Below, piece after piece: positions 30,732 through 38,389 of a stretch of 41,678 nt of DNA (the first letter of the stretch is position 1; the number at the start of each line of letters is the position of its first letter). Under the pieces are notes generated by a model, which was given only the letters and a program-made list of their open reading frames with translations, made no database searches and was not told the origin of the DNA. The stretch spans positions 1-41,678 of the IMG/VR virus record IMGVR_UViG_3300018432_000011; one strand, written 5' to 3'. This DNA comes from a virus. Both the position numbers and the translations under genes were made by a program.

Positions 30732-32005
30732 GCGCGATCGAACGATGGGCCTCGGCACCGCCCGAGTTGAGCGAAGAGTCGATGGACCGGCTCTACGAGC
30801 GGTGCAAGCGGTTGGCCAAGGCCGACTTCCTGCCCAAGCAGCTACGGGGCAAGCCCGACAACGTGATGGCGATCGCCCTGACGGCTGCCGACCTCGGTAT
30901 GCCGACGACGCTCACCACGCTGAAGAAGTTCCACATCATCGACGGCGAGGTCGTCGAGTCCGTCCAGGTGCTGCTCGGCCTGGCCGCGTCGCGCGGCCAC
31001 GACATCTGGGTCGACTACCAGGACGAGGACCGGGCCGTCGTGCTCGGCAAGCGGGCCGGAAACCAGCGGGTCGAGCGGTTCGAGTTCACCCGCGAGCGCG
31101 CGGGGACCGCCGGCCTGCTCGATCACTGGTACGAGGAGTGGTACGACTCCGGCACCGGGAACCGGAAGCGCAAGTGGGTCATCAAGGAGGGCGAGACCCC
31201 GCCGGCCTGGGTGACGCGGGACGGGTCGAAGGCCGTCAAGAAGCGCAACGAGTACTGGTGGGGCTGGCCCGTCGAGGCCGTCACCAACGCCGCCGTGCGT
31301 CGCGCCGTGCGGGCCATCTGCCCCGACGTGCTGCTCGGACTGCCGTCGGCCATCCACGACTTCGCCGGGCCCGCCGGCGCAGACGAGACCTCCAGCGGGG
31401 GTGCCCATGGCGCCCCTCCGGACGTCGCAGACGGTGCGCATCCGTCTGCCGCCCCCGCTGGTGAACCTTCCGACGACGACATCGTCGACGGCGAGATCGT
31501 CGAGGACGAGAACGCCACCAGCGAGGGAGGTGACGACGGCGCGGCCGCTGAGGCGATGCCCGGGGACACCACGGCAGACCCGGGGGAGGTGCAGGACCAG
31601 ACCACTCCTGCCGGCACCGAGCCTGAGCCGCCCTCAACCGCGAAGGAGCAGGGTGACGAGGGGAGTCCCGCCGTGGCGGCCCCCGGCGGCCCTGCTCCGC
31701 CTTCGATCGTCGGCGACGAGTGGCGGAAGACCTTCGCCATCGTGTGCAACGAGGCCGGCCTGGACGCCGACCAGCGTCACGCCATCATCAGCTACGCCAC
31801 CCGCGGCCGGACCCAGACCAGCAAGGAGCTCCGGACCGACGAGGTCGGCGACGTGCGGATCTGGTTCCGGGCCGTCACCGAGGGCAGCCCGCCGCCGTAC
31901 CGGTTCCTCGAGCTCGACGGCGCCGTCGTCATCGCACCTCGCTCGCCTGAGGGCGGGCCCGGCGGCGACCAGCTGCCGCTCGAGGACGGGGACCAGGCGG
32001 CATGA
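30728..32005 (+). CDS. recT: RecT-family single-strand annealing recombinase with a long C-terminal extension
   Basis: 'FLPKQLRGKPDNVMAIALTAADLGMPTTLTTLKKFHIIDGEV' and 'WPVEAVTNAAVRRAVRAICPD' are RecT-like. Residues ~235-425 form an acidic low-complexity linker plus an extra ~90-aa domain. Confidence 0.75.
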   Translation: MSAIERWASAPPELSEESMDRLYERCKRLAKADFLPKQLRGKPDNVMAIALTAADLGMPTTLTTLKKFHIIDGEVVESVQVLLGLAASRGHDIWVDYQDEDRAVVLGKRAGNQRVERFEFTRERAGTAGLLDHWYEEWYDSGTGNRKRKWVIKEGETPPAWVTRDGSKAVKKRNEYWWGWPVEAVTNAAVRRAVRAICPDVLLGLPSAIHDFAGPAGADETSSGGAHGAPPDVADGAHPSAAPAGEPSDDDIVDGEIVEDENATSEGGDDGAAAEAMPGDTTADPGEVQDQTTPAGTEPEPPSTAKEQGDEGSPAVAAPGGPAPPSIVGDEWRKTFAIVCNEAGLDADQRHAIISYATRGRTQTSKELRTDEVGDVRIWFRAVTEGSPPPYRFLELDGAVVIAPRSPEGGPGGDQLPLEDGDQAA

Positions 32006-32514
32006 CGATGACCGCGGCCTTCCTCCACGAAGAGCACGGGGCCAGTGCCGAGTGCTACGACGCCGGTTGCATCGACATGCCGTGTCGGCTGGCGAAGGTG
32101 GCGGCCCTCAAGGGCCCCGTGCCCGACCTCCGCACCCTCGCCGCCGTCTCGTTGGTCGAGCCCGGCTGCCTCGTCTACTCAGCAGAGCGCGAGTACTTCC
32201 AGGGCAGCGAGGCCTACCCGCGCGGTGGCGTTGTCGTGGAGATCACCGACGGCGTGGTGGACGAGGACACGGGGGAGCGGCCGCGCTCCTTCCGATGCCT
32301 CCGGGTGAAGTTCGGGAAGGTGCACGCCGAGCTCGTCAGTGAGGCTGAGGTCGACCGGGCGAAGTTGCTCGCGCCCGAGGACAGCGAGATGCGGTACCTC
32401 GTGCGCGTCGCCGCCCGGGAGCTGGCCCAGGGCAAAGGCGTGTTCACCACCCGCCATGCCGAGCTGGCGAAGTGGATCTTCGTCCTGACCGCGCTCGTGA
32501 TGGGCAGGCGGTGA
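32002..32514 (+). CDS. Hypothetical protein (170 aa)
   Basis: ATGA overlap. High GC3. C-terminal hydrophobic segment. No motif. Confidence 0.6.
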   Translation: MTMTAAFLHEEHGASAECYDAGCIDMPCRLAKVAALKGPVPDLRTLAAVSLVEPGCLVYSAEREYFQGSEAYPRGGVVVEITDGVVDEDTGERPRSFRCLRVKFGKVHAELVSEAEVDRAKLLAPEDSEMRYLVRVAARELAQGKGVFTTRHAELAKWIFVLTALVMGRR

Positions 32515-33035
32515 TGGGCGAGGAGTGGCGCCCCGTCGTGGGCTACGAGGAGACGTACAGCGTCTCGTCGCTGGGTCGAGTCCGGCGTGACGCCCCGGGC
32601 CAAGGGACCCAGGTCGGCCGGCTGCTCCGCCTCAAGCCGGGCGCCGGCGGGCGGTACCCGACCGTGACTCTGGCGGTCGGTGGTCGACAGAGCGAGCGCT
32701 ACGTGCACCAGCTCGTCGCCGAGGCGTTCCTGGGCCCGTGCCCGCCGGGACACGAGGTCAACCACAAGGACACCGACCGGTGGAATCCCGCCGCCACGAA
32801 TCTCGAATACACCACGCGTGCCGAGAACATTGCGCACGCCCTGGCCAACGGTCTGGCCGCCGTCGGCCGGATGATGCCTCAGGCGAAGCTCACCGATCAG
32901 GCGGTTCGGGAGATCCGGGCACTGCGCGGCATCGTCTCCCAGACCGAGCTCGGCCGCCGCTACGGCGTCTCGCGCTCGGCGGTGTCGTGGGTGCAGCGCG
33001 GACTCACCTGGCGCCACGTTCGGGAGTCGGCGTGA
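32514..33035 (+). CDS. Free-standing HNH homing endonuclease (NUMOD4-like N-terminus, HNH_3 core, C-terminal HTH)
   Basis: TGATG overlap. 'EEWRPVVGYEETYSVSSLGRVRR', 'YVHQLVAEAFLGPCPPGHEVNHKDTDRWNPAATNLEYTTRAENIAHA', and 'SQTELGRRYGVSRSAVSWV'. Confidence 0.8.
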   Translation: MGEEWRPVVGYEETYSVSSLGRVRRDAPGQGTQVGRLLRLKPGAGGRYPTVTLAVGGRQSERYVHQLVAEAFLGPCPPGHEVNHKDTDRWNPAATNLEYTTRAENIAHALANGLAAVGRMMPQAKLTDQAVREIRALRGIVSQTELGRRYGVSRSAVSWVQRGLTWRHVRESA

Positions 33036-33037
33036 AC

Positions 33038-33048
33038 GGGGGGGGGGG
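33038..33048 (+). repeat. G11 homopolymer tract
   Basis: 11 consecutive G residues between the homing-endonuclease stop (33033-33035) and GTG 33054. Confidence 0.95.
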
Positions 33049-33053
33049 CTTCG

Positions 33054-33242
33054 GTGACGCAGTCCTGCCGCTGCGGCGGCGTGCTCGAGGTCCAAGGCGT
33101 CGTCACGCCGGACGGCCTCGTCCAGTTGACGATCTGCGCGGCCTGCGACCGGCGGAAGTGCCGCTCGTGCGGATGGATCGATATGACCGGAAGGGCGTCC
33201 CGTTGCCGGTGCGGCGCGCCCATGAGCCTCACGGGCGGGTGA
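33054..33242 (+). CDS. Small Cys-pair zinc-ribbon protein (62 aa)
   Basis: CRC..CAAC..CRSC..CRC. GTG start 5 nt after the G-run. Confidence 0.5.
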   Translation: MTQSCRCGGVLEVQGVVTPDGLVQLTICAACDRRKCRSCGWIDMTGRASRCRCGAPMSLTGG

Positions 33243-33247
33243 TCTGA

Positions 33248-33466
33248 ATGTGGCCACTCCTGGTTCTTTGGGCTGCCGTCTTCACGGCCGCGGGCTGGAT
33301 GCTCCGCAGCGCGGCGCCGGGCGGATTGGTCGACCTCCTACGCCCGGACCCATACCGCCGGCTGGCCGCCGTCGACCGTCGGCGCATCGAGGCCCAGCAA
33401 CAGCGCCACGCCGACGAGCGCGACTGCCTCCTGGCCGAAGTGCACGGCGACGAGTCGGGCTGGTGA
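33248..33466 (+). CDS. Small membrane protein (72 aa)
   Basis: N-terminal TM segment 'WPLLVLWAAVFTAAGWML'. High GC3. Confidence 0.55.
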   Translation: MWPLLVLWAAVFTAAGWMLRSAAPGGLVDLLRPDPYRRLAAVDRRRIEAQQQRHADERDCLLAEVHGDESGW

Positions 33467-33705
33467 CCATGACCGCCTGCACCCACGGCTTCCTGAAGCC
33501 CGAGCAGTGCGTCGACTGCATGTACGAGGGCAACGTCCCGCCCGCGCCCAAGGCTGAGCGCGAGTCCATCGCCGCCACCTTCGAGGCGAAGTTCGAGGGC
33601 CAGTGCGGCGGCTGCAACCTCCCGATCTACCCCGGCCAGCACGTGCATCGGCTGGAGCCCACAGGTCGCTACGTCCACGCGTTCGCCGGCTGCGATCCGG
33701 CATGA
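33463..33705 (+). CDS. Small Cys-rich zinc-binding protein (~80 aa)
   Basis: GTG 33463 (GTGA overlap) or ATG 33469. 'CTHG....CVDC' and 'CGGC......H.....H..AGC'. Confidence 0.55.
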   Translation: MTMTACTHGFLKPEQCVDCMYEGNVPPAPKAERESIAATFEAKFEGQCGGCNLPIYPGQHVHRLEPTGRYVHAFAGCDPA

Positions 33706-33719
33706 GAGGAGACACGCCC

Positions 33720-34088
33720 ATGTCCGACACCGAGCGGCACGTCCGCCCCTTCGCCGAGTTCCTCCACGAGCAGCGCGGTGGCGCCGCCGCGGTCGAAGTC
33801 TCCGAGCGCTTCAACGAGCTCGTGGCCGCCGTCATGGAGCACGGCAAGGGCGGCGAGCTGACGCTGAAGATCGCGATCAAGCCGGCCGCCAAGGGCAGCG
33901 GGAACGTCGTGACCGTCACCGACACCTGCACCACCAAGCTCCCGGAGGCTGACCGGCCCACGGCGATCTTCTTCGCCGACGACGACGGCAACCTCCGCCG
34001 CAGCAACCCCAACCAGCCCGAGCTGCCGCTCCGCGCGGTGGCCGATCCCGAGCCCGACACGGGCCAGGGCGACAAGGAGGCGAAGTGA
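33720..34088 (+). CDS. Hypothetical protein (122 aa) coupled to the DUF2303-like gene
   Basis: ATG 33720 with GAGAGGAG upstream. 'FAEFLHEQRGG...LTLKIAIKP....VTVTD...KLPE' pattern. GTGA overlap with the next gene. Confidence 0.6.
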   Translation: MSDTERHVRPFAEFLHEQRGGAAAVEVSERFNELVAAVMEHGKGGELTLKIAIKPAAKGSGNVVTVTDTCTTKLPEADRPTAIFFADDDGNLRRSNPNQPELPLRAVADPEPDTGQGDKEAK

Positions 34089-34927
34089 CCGATCAGACCG
34101 CGCTACTCGGCGGATTGGGCAACGCCGAGGTGATCATCGACACGGCCATCCGCACGGCGGAGCCGACCGAGCTCGCCGACGACCAGGCCTACGCCTTCGT
34201 GGTGCCCGAGGGCGCCTCGGTCGAGGTCGTCGACGTCGACCGGGAGAAGCGCCTCGACCACCCTCGTCGCAAGCGGGGGACCGTCGAGCTTGTCCAGGCC
34301 GCGTCGCTCATCGCCTACGTGAGCGACCACGACGAGAAAGACGGCCGGACCCGGCTCTTCGCCGACGTGAGGGGGCAGCGGGTCGTGGCCGTGCTGAACG
34401 GTCCCAACGCCGAGCCGGGCTGGGGCGACCACAAGGCGATCCTCACGCTGACCACGACGCCCGAGTGGCGCCGGTGGACGGCACGCGACGGCGCCATCGG
34501 TGGCCAGGTCGAGTTCGCCGAGCACATCGAGGACTGCCTCGACGACATCGTCGAGCCGCCCGGTGCCGACCTCCTCGAGCTGGCCCAGACCTTCGAGGCC
34601 ACGACCTCGGCCCAGTTCCGCACCGGGGCGCGCCTCGACAACGGCCGGCGCCAGCTGGTCTACGTCGAGGAGATCGACGCCAAGGCCGGACAGGGCGGCG
34701 AGATCACCGTGCCGGCCGACTTCCTGATCTCGGTGGCGCCGATCGAGGGCGCCGACCCCGTCGTGATCAAGGCGCGCCTTCGCTACCGGGTGAACGGCGG
34801 TCAGCTGAAGATCGGCTACATCCTCCACCGGCCCGACGTCGTGCTCCGTGAGGCGTTCGACAACGTCGTAGCCGGCATCGAGACCGGCACCGGGATCACG
34901 GCGTACCACGGGACGCCGGCCGCCTGA
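34085..34927 (+). CDS. DUF2303 (YfdQ-like) family protein
   Basis: 280 aa. '..WGDHKAILTL..TPEWRRW.......QVEFAEHIEDCLDDIVEPPGADLLELAQTFEA......F....RLDNG..QLVYVEE' and 'ARLRYRVNGGQLKIGY' fit my recollection of DUF2303. Confidence 0.55.
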   Translation: MTDQTALLGGLGNAEVIIDTAIRTAEPTELADDQAYAFVVPEGASVEVVDVDREKRLDHPRRKRGTVELVQAASLIAYVSDHDEKDGRTRLFADVRGQRVVAVLNGPNAEPGWGDHKAILTLTTTPEWRRWTARDGAIGGQVEFAEHIEDCLDDIVEPPGADLLELAQTFEATTSAQFRTGARLDNGRRQLVYVEEIDAKAGQGGEITVPADFLISVAPIEGADPVVIKARLRYRVNGGQLKIGYILHRPDVVLREAFDNVVAGIETGTGITAYHGTPAA

Positions 34928-35142
34928 TGTCTGCGGCGACCGCGCATCCGTTCACCGATCCGGTGTCAGGCCAGGAGGTCGTGCTGCACTTCGGCGACGC
35001 GCCCGGAGTCGAGCACCCCGGCTGCGGGTTCCGCGCGGAGGTGTCGCCCGAGCTCGACGCCTTCTACTGCACGCACTGCCGCCGCAGCGGCCGGATCAGC
35101 GGAGCGTGGTTCATGGACCTGCTGAGGCAGGGCTACCAATGA
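34927..35142 (+). CDS. Small Cys-containing protein (71 aa)
   Basis: TGATG overlap. 'HPGCGF....YCTHCRRSG'. Confidence 0.5.
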   Translation: MSAATAHPFTDPVSGQEVVLHFGDAPGVEHPGCGFRAEVSPELDAFYCTHCRRSGRISGAWFMDLLRQGYQ

Positions 35143-35375
35143 CGGCGCTGGAGAAGGCCCGGGGCGCCCTCGACAAGGCGCGATCGCTCCTCGAGGAGCA
35201 CGGCGCGGACATGCCGCCGCGGGTCGACCGGGAGTACGTCGAGCTGCTGGGCATCGCCCAGACGCAAGCGAACATCGCTCAGGCCGAGGCGCTGACGCTG
35301 ATCGCTGACTCGGCGCAACGCACGGCGGCCGTCCTCGGCGAGCTGGTCGATCGGCTGCCCGGGCGCGTCGGCTGA
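35139..35375 (+). CDS. Small helical hypothetical protein (78 aa)
   Basis: ATG 35139 (ATGA overlap). High GC3. Confidence 0.5.
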   Translation: MTALEKARGALDKARSLLEEHGADMPPRVDREYVELLGIAQTQANIAQAEALTLIADSAQRTAAVLGELVDRLPGRVG

Positions 35376-35800
35376 TGGGCTGGGGGCAGCCGCACGGGCC
35401 GAGCGTGCGACCAGCAGCGCGAACGCTGATCGCCGAGCAGCGGATGCGGGCGCTCATCGGCGCGGGCTCGCGATGGCGGGTGGTCGAGGAGCAGATGGAC
35501 GGTCAGCGGCTCGTCGATAGCAACCGGCAGCTGTCGCTGATCTGGTCGATCGCCCAGTACGACGGCCATGCCTGGCTGCACGTGTCGATCGCCAGCCCCC
35601 GGCGGATGCCCACCTGGGACGAGCTCGTCGAGGTCAAGGAGACGCTGATCGGCAAGGAGGTCGAGGCCTACCAGGTGCTGCCGCCGCGGTCGCGCTGGGT
35701 CAACCAGCATCCGCACTGCCTGCACCTGTTCGCTCTGGCCGAGGGTGATGGCGACCGTGCCGTCCTGCCGGACTTCAGCTTCGGGGGGCGCTGCATATGA
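35375..35800 (+). CDS. Hypothetical protein (141 aa) with a conserved-looking 'WLHVSIAS..R.PTWDEL..VK....G.E..AYQVLPP.S.WVN.HP.CLHLF' block
   Basis: TGATG overlap. I recall this block as recurring in phage proteins of unknown function. Confidence 0.6.
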   Translation: MGWGQPHGPSVRPAARTLIAEQRMRALIGAGSRWRVVEEQMDGQRLVDSNRQLSLIWSIAQYDGHAWLHVSIASPRRMPTWDELVEVKETLIGKEVEAYQVLPPRSRWVNQHPHCLHLFALAEGDGDRAVLPDFSFGGRCI

Positions 35801-36345
35801 CGGCGACCATGCGACGCGACGGAACGAGCGAGCCGGCGCGCAAGCCCGGCCTGTGGCGCCGGATGCGACTGCGCCGTGCTGACGGCCGCATCTACCTCGA
35901 TCGCTGGGGGTTCGGCCACGACCGCATCGGGCGGGTGCTCATCCACCGGATGGAGGCACCGGACCCAGGCGTCGACCTGCACGATCACCCCTGGTGGTTC
36001 GTCTCGCTCGTCCTCTGGGGCGGCTACACGGAGCAGCGCATCGACACGCGGATCGCTCCGACGATGGCGAAGCTGGCCGAGAACGATCCTGGCCTCCTGC
36101 GCGGGGTACTGCAGACGCGGCGCCCCGGCTCCGTGAGGTCGATGCGCCTCGACGAGTGTCACACGATCACCGAGCTGCACCGGCGCACGTGCTGGACGCT
36201 GGTGATCGGCGGTCCTCGCCGGCGGCCCTGGGGGTTCTACCTGCCCGGCGGCTGGGTCGATGAGCGGACCTACGACGAGACCATCCGAGTCGAGCGGCGG
36301 GACATGTGGAACGAGCTCGGCGCGAGCGGACCGAGGCCTTGGTGA
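35797..36345 (+). CDS. Hypothetical protein with HDHPW motif (cupin-like candidate)
   Basis: ATGA overlap. 'IHRMEAPDPGVDLHDHPWWFVSLVLWGGYTEQ', 'HTITEL', 'WTLVIGGPRRRPWGFY..GGW'. Confidence 0.6.
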   Translation: MTATMRRDGTSEPARKPGLWRRMRLRRADGRIYLDRWGFGHDRIGRVLIHRMEAPDPGVDLHDHPWWFVSLVLWGGYTEQRIDTRIAPTMAKLAENDPGLLRGVLQTRRPGSVRSMRLDECHTITELHRRTCWTLVIGGPRRRPWGFYLPGGWVDERTYDETIRVERRDMWNELGASGPRPW

Positions 36346-37322
36346 GCCCGTCGGCGATCGAGTGGACCGAGGAGACGTGGAACCCCACGGTCGGCTGCTC
36401 GCGCGTCTCGGCCGGCTGCGACCGCTGCTACGCCATCGGCGTCGCCCACCGGGCCATGCAGCCGGCCCACGTGGGGCTGACGGAGAAGACCGACCGAGGC
36501 ATCGACTGGACGGGCGAAGTGCGGCTCCTGCCCGAGCGCCTCGAGGTGCCGCTCCGGCGCGCCCAGCCGACCACGTACTTCGTCGACTCCATGAGCGACC
36601 TGTTCCACCCGGCCGTGCCGAGCGAGTTCATCGCCGAGGTCTTCGCCGTGATGTCGCTGGCCACCCAGCACACCTTCCAGGTGCTGACGAAGCGGCCCCA
36701 GCGGATGGCCCAGCTGCTGGCCGGCACCGCCTTCCGTGCACTCGTGGGCACGGCCAGACAGCGACGCAACCCGCACCGGCTGGCGCCTGACTTCGCGCCC
36801 CGCAACATCTGGCTGGGCACCTCAATCGAGGAGGACCGTTGGGCGTTTCGGGCCGACGCCGTCCGGGATACGCCGGCCGCGGTCCGGTTCCTGTCGTTGG
36901 AGCCGCTCCTGGGCCCGCTGCCGAGTCTGGACCTGACCGGCGTCGACTGGGTGATCGTCGGGGGCGAGAGCGGCCCGGGCGCGCGCCCGATGCATCCGGA
37001 GTGGGTCCGTGACATTCGGAACCGTTGTTACGCGGCGAGCATCCCGTTCTTCTTCAAGCAGTGGGGGACCTGGGGGCCGCTGGCGCCGCTCGACGAGCAG
37101 GGCCGGTACGACTGGAGCAAGGGCCACGCCCTGGCCAACGACGGGACGCTGTACGAGCCAGGCGCCCTGGACTACCCGAACGGTCCTCGCCGCGGCGAAG
37201 CGATCCGGGCGGGACATGACCGCGCGCGGCTGACGTCGATGTATCGGCTGGGCAAGCACGCCGCCGGCCGGGAACTGGACGGCGAGACATGGGACGAGAT
37301 GCCGGAGCGAGTCAGTGCCTGA
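36342..37322 (+). CDS. Phage Gp37/Gp68 family protein (DUF5131)
   Basis: GTG 36342 (GTGA overlap). 'IEWTEETWNPTVGCSRVSAGCDRCYA', 'FVDSMSDLFH', 'FQVLTKRPQRM', 'LGTSIEE', 'FLSLEPLLGP', 'DWVIVGGESGPGARPMHPEWVRDIRNRC....PFFFKQWG'. Confidence 0.85.
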   Translation: MSPSAIEWTEETWNPTVGCSRVSAGCDRCYAIGVAHRAMQPAHVGLTEKTDRGIDWTGEVRLLPERLEVPLRRAQPTTYFVDSMSDLFHPAVPSEFIAEVFAVMSLATQHTFQVLTKRPQRMAQLLAGTAFRALVGTARQRRNPHRLAPDFAPRNIWLGTSIEEDRWAFRADAVRDTPAAVRFLSLEPLLGPLPSLDLTGVDWVIVGGESGPGARPMHPEWVRDIRNRCYAASIPFFFKQWGTWGPLAPLDEQGRYDWSKGHALANDGTLYEPGALDYPNGPRRGEAIRAGHDRARLTSMYRLGKHAAGRELDGETWDEMPERVSA

Positions 37323-37776
37323 CCGCACCTGCCCCCGTTGCGGCGCGACCACTGAGCAGGAGTTCTACGGCCCGTGCGCCAGGTGCCGTGAGCAGCTGCG
37401 GTCGATCGAGACGCTGCCGCACCCTGCGGCCACCGAGCACTTCGTCCGGGTCAACCGCATGGACGGGTCTCAGGCCATCGACTACTTCGGGCCCCGGGTC
37501 GACGACCCTCGGCCCGGCCTACGCGAGCCCGTCCGTCGGCCTCCGGCCGGCGTGAGCGTCGCGGACGTCCTGCTCGACGGAACGGTCGCCAGCGGTGAGG
37601 GTGCGGAGCCAGTCGCCGACGAGACAGCCGATGCCCCTACTGCAGTCCAGGGCGCCGGGCGCCGGCTCGATGAGGGTGCCAGGGCAGGTACGCATGAGGG
37701 CGAGGGTACCGACGAGGTGCGACAAGCCATCCGGGGCGCCCGCGAGATGTTGCACAAGACGCCGGGGGCGGCGTGA
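37315..37776 (+). CDS. Hypothetical protein with N-terminal zinc ribbon (153 aa)
   Basis: GTG start. 'CPRCG......YGPCARC'. The C-terminal half is acidic and low-complexity. Confidence 0.55.
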   Translation: MPDRTCPRCGATTEQEFYGPCARCREQLRSIETLPHPAATEHFVRVNRMDGSQAIDYFGPRVDDPRPGLREPVRRPPAGVSVADVLLDGTVASGEGAEPVADETADAPTAVQGAGRRLDEGARAGTHEGEGTDEVRQAIRGAREMLHKTPGAA

Positions 37777-38237
37777 TGCCGGCGACGAGTCGAGCCCAGC
37801 GCGCCCGGCGGACAGAGCTCCAGGTCGCCGCCGAGGCCGTGATGATGGTCGTCGCGCGGAACCTGCTGCCGAAGACGCCCCAGTCCATCGCTCGACTGGC
37901 CAGCGCCACCGACATCCCGGTGGCCGACCTCCGGGCCGCGTGGCGCCGCATCCAGGACAACCTCGCCGCCCTGGGCGACGACTTCGAGCCGCTGCCCACC
38001 GGAGACGCCCTCCGTGAGCACTGGCTGACGACGCTGCCGGAGGGCGAACGTCGGATCCTCGGGCACCTGATCGACGTCTACCCGGCCGGCATCACCGGCG
38101 ACGAGCTGTCGGATCTGACCGAGTACAAGCGGTCCAGCCGCAACACCTACATCCAGCGTCTGCGGGCCCGCCAGCTCGTAGTCACGAGCGGCGGCCTGGT
38201 CCAGGCCGCCGACACCCTGTTCGGAGACGACCGATGA
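37773..38237 (+). CDS. Winged-helix DNA-binding protein candidate (154 aa)
   Basis: GTG 37773 or ATG 37776. 'ILGHLIDVYPAGITGDELSDLTEYKRSSRNTYIQRLRARQLV' is wHTH-like. Upstream of the initiator-like gene. Confidence 0.5.
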   Translation: MMPATSRAQRARRTELQVAAEAVMMVVARNLLPKTPQSIARLASATDIPVADLRAAWRRIQDNLAALGDDFEPLPTGDALREHWLTTLPEGERRILGHLIDVYPAGITGDELSDLTEYKRSSRNTYIQRLRARQLVVTSGGLVQAADTLFGDDR

Positions 38238-38389
38238 GCCTCAACGTGTCGGAGCACACCGCCCAGCATCTGCTGTGGCAGATCCGCCGATCGATGACGG
38301 AGCTGGAGTTCGGCCGGTTGACCGTGCGGGAGCTCGTCGGCATCTACCGCGAGAAGAAGCTCGAGCACCTCATGAAGGGAGTCCGCTGA
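38234..38389 (+). CDS. Small hypothetical protein (51 aa; not in ORF track)
   Basis: ATGA overlap upstream and TGATG overlap downstream. High GC3. Confidence 0.45.
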   Translation: MSLNVSEHTAQHLLWQIRRSMTELEFGRLTVRELVGIYREKKLEHLMKGVR

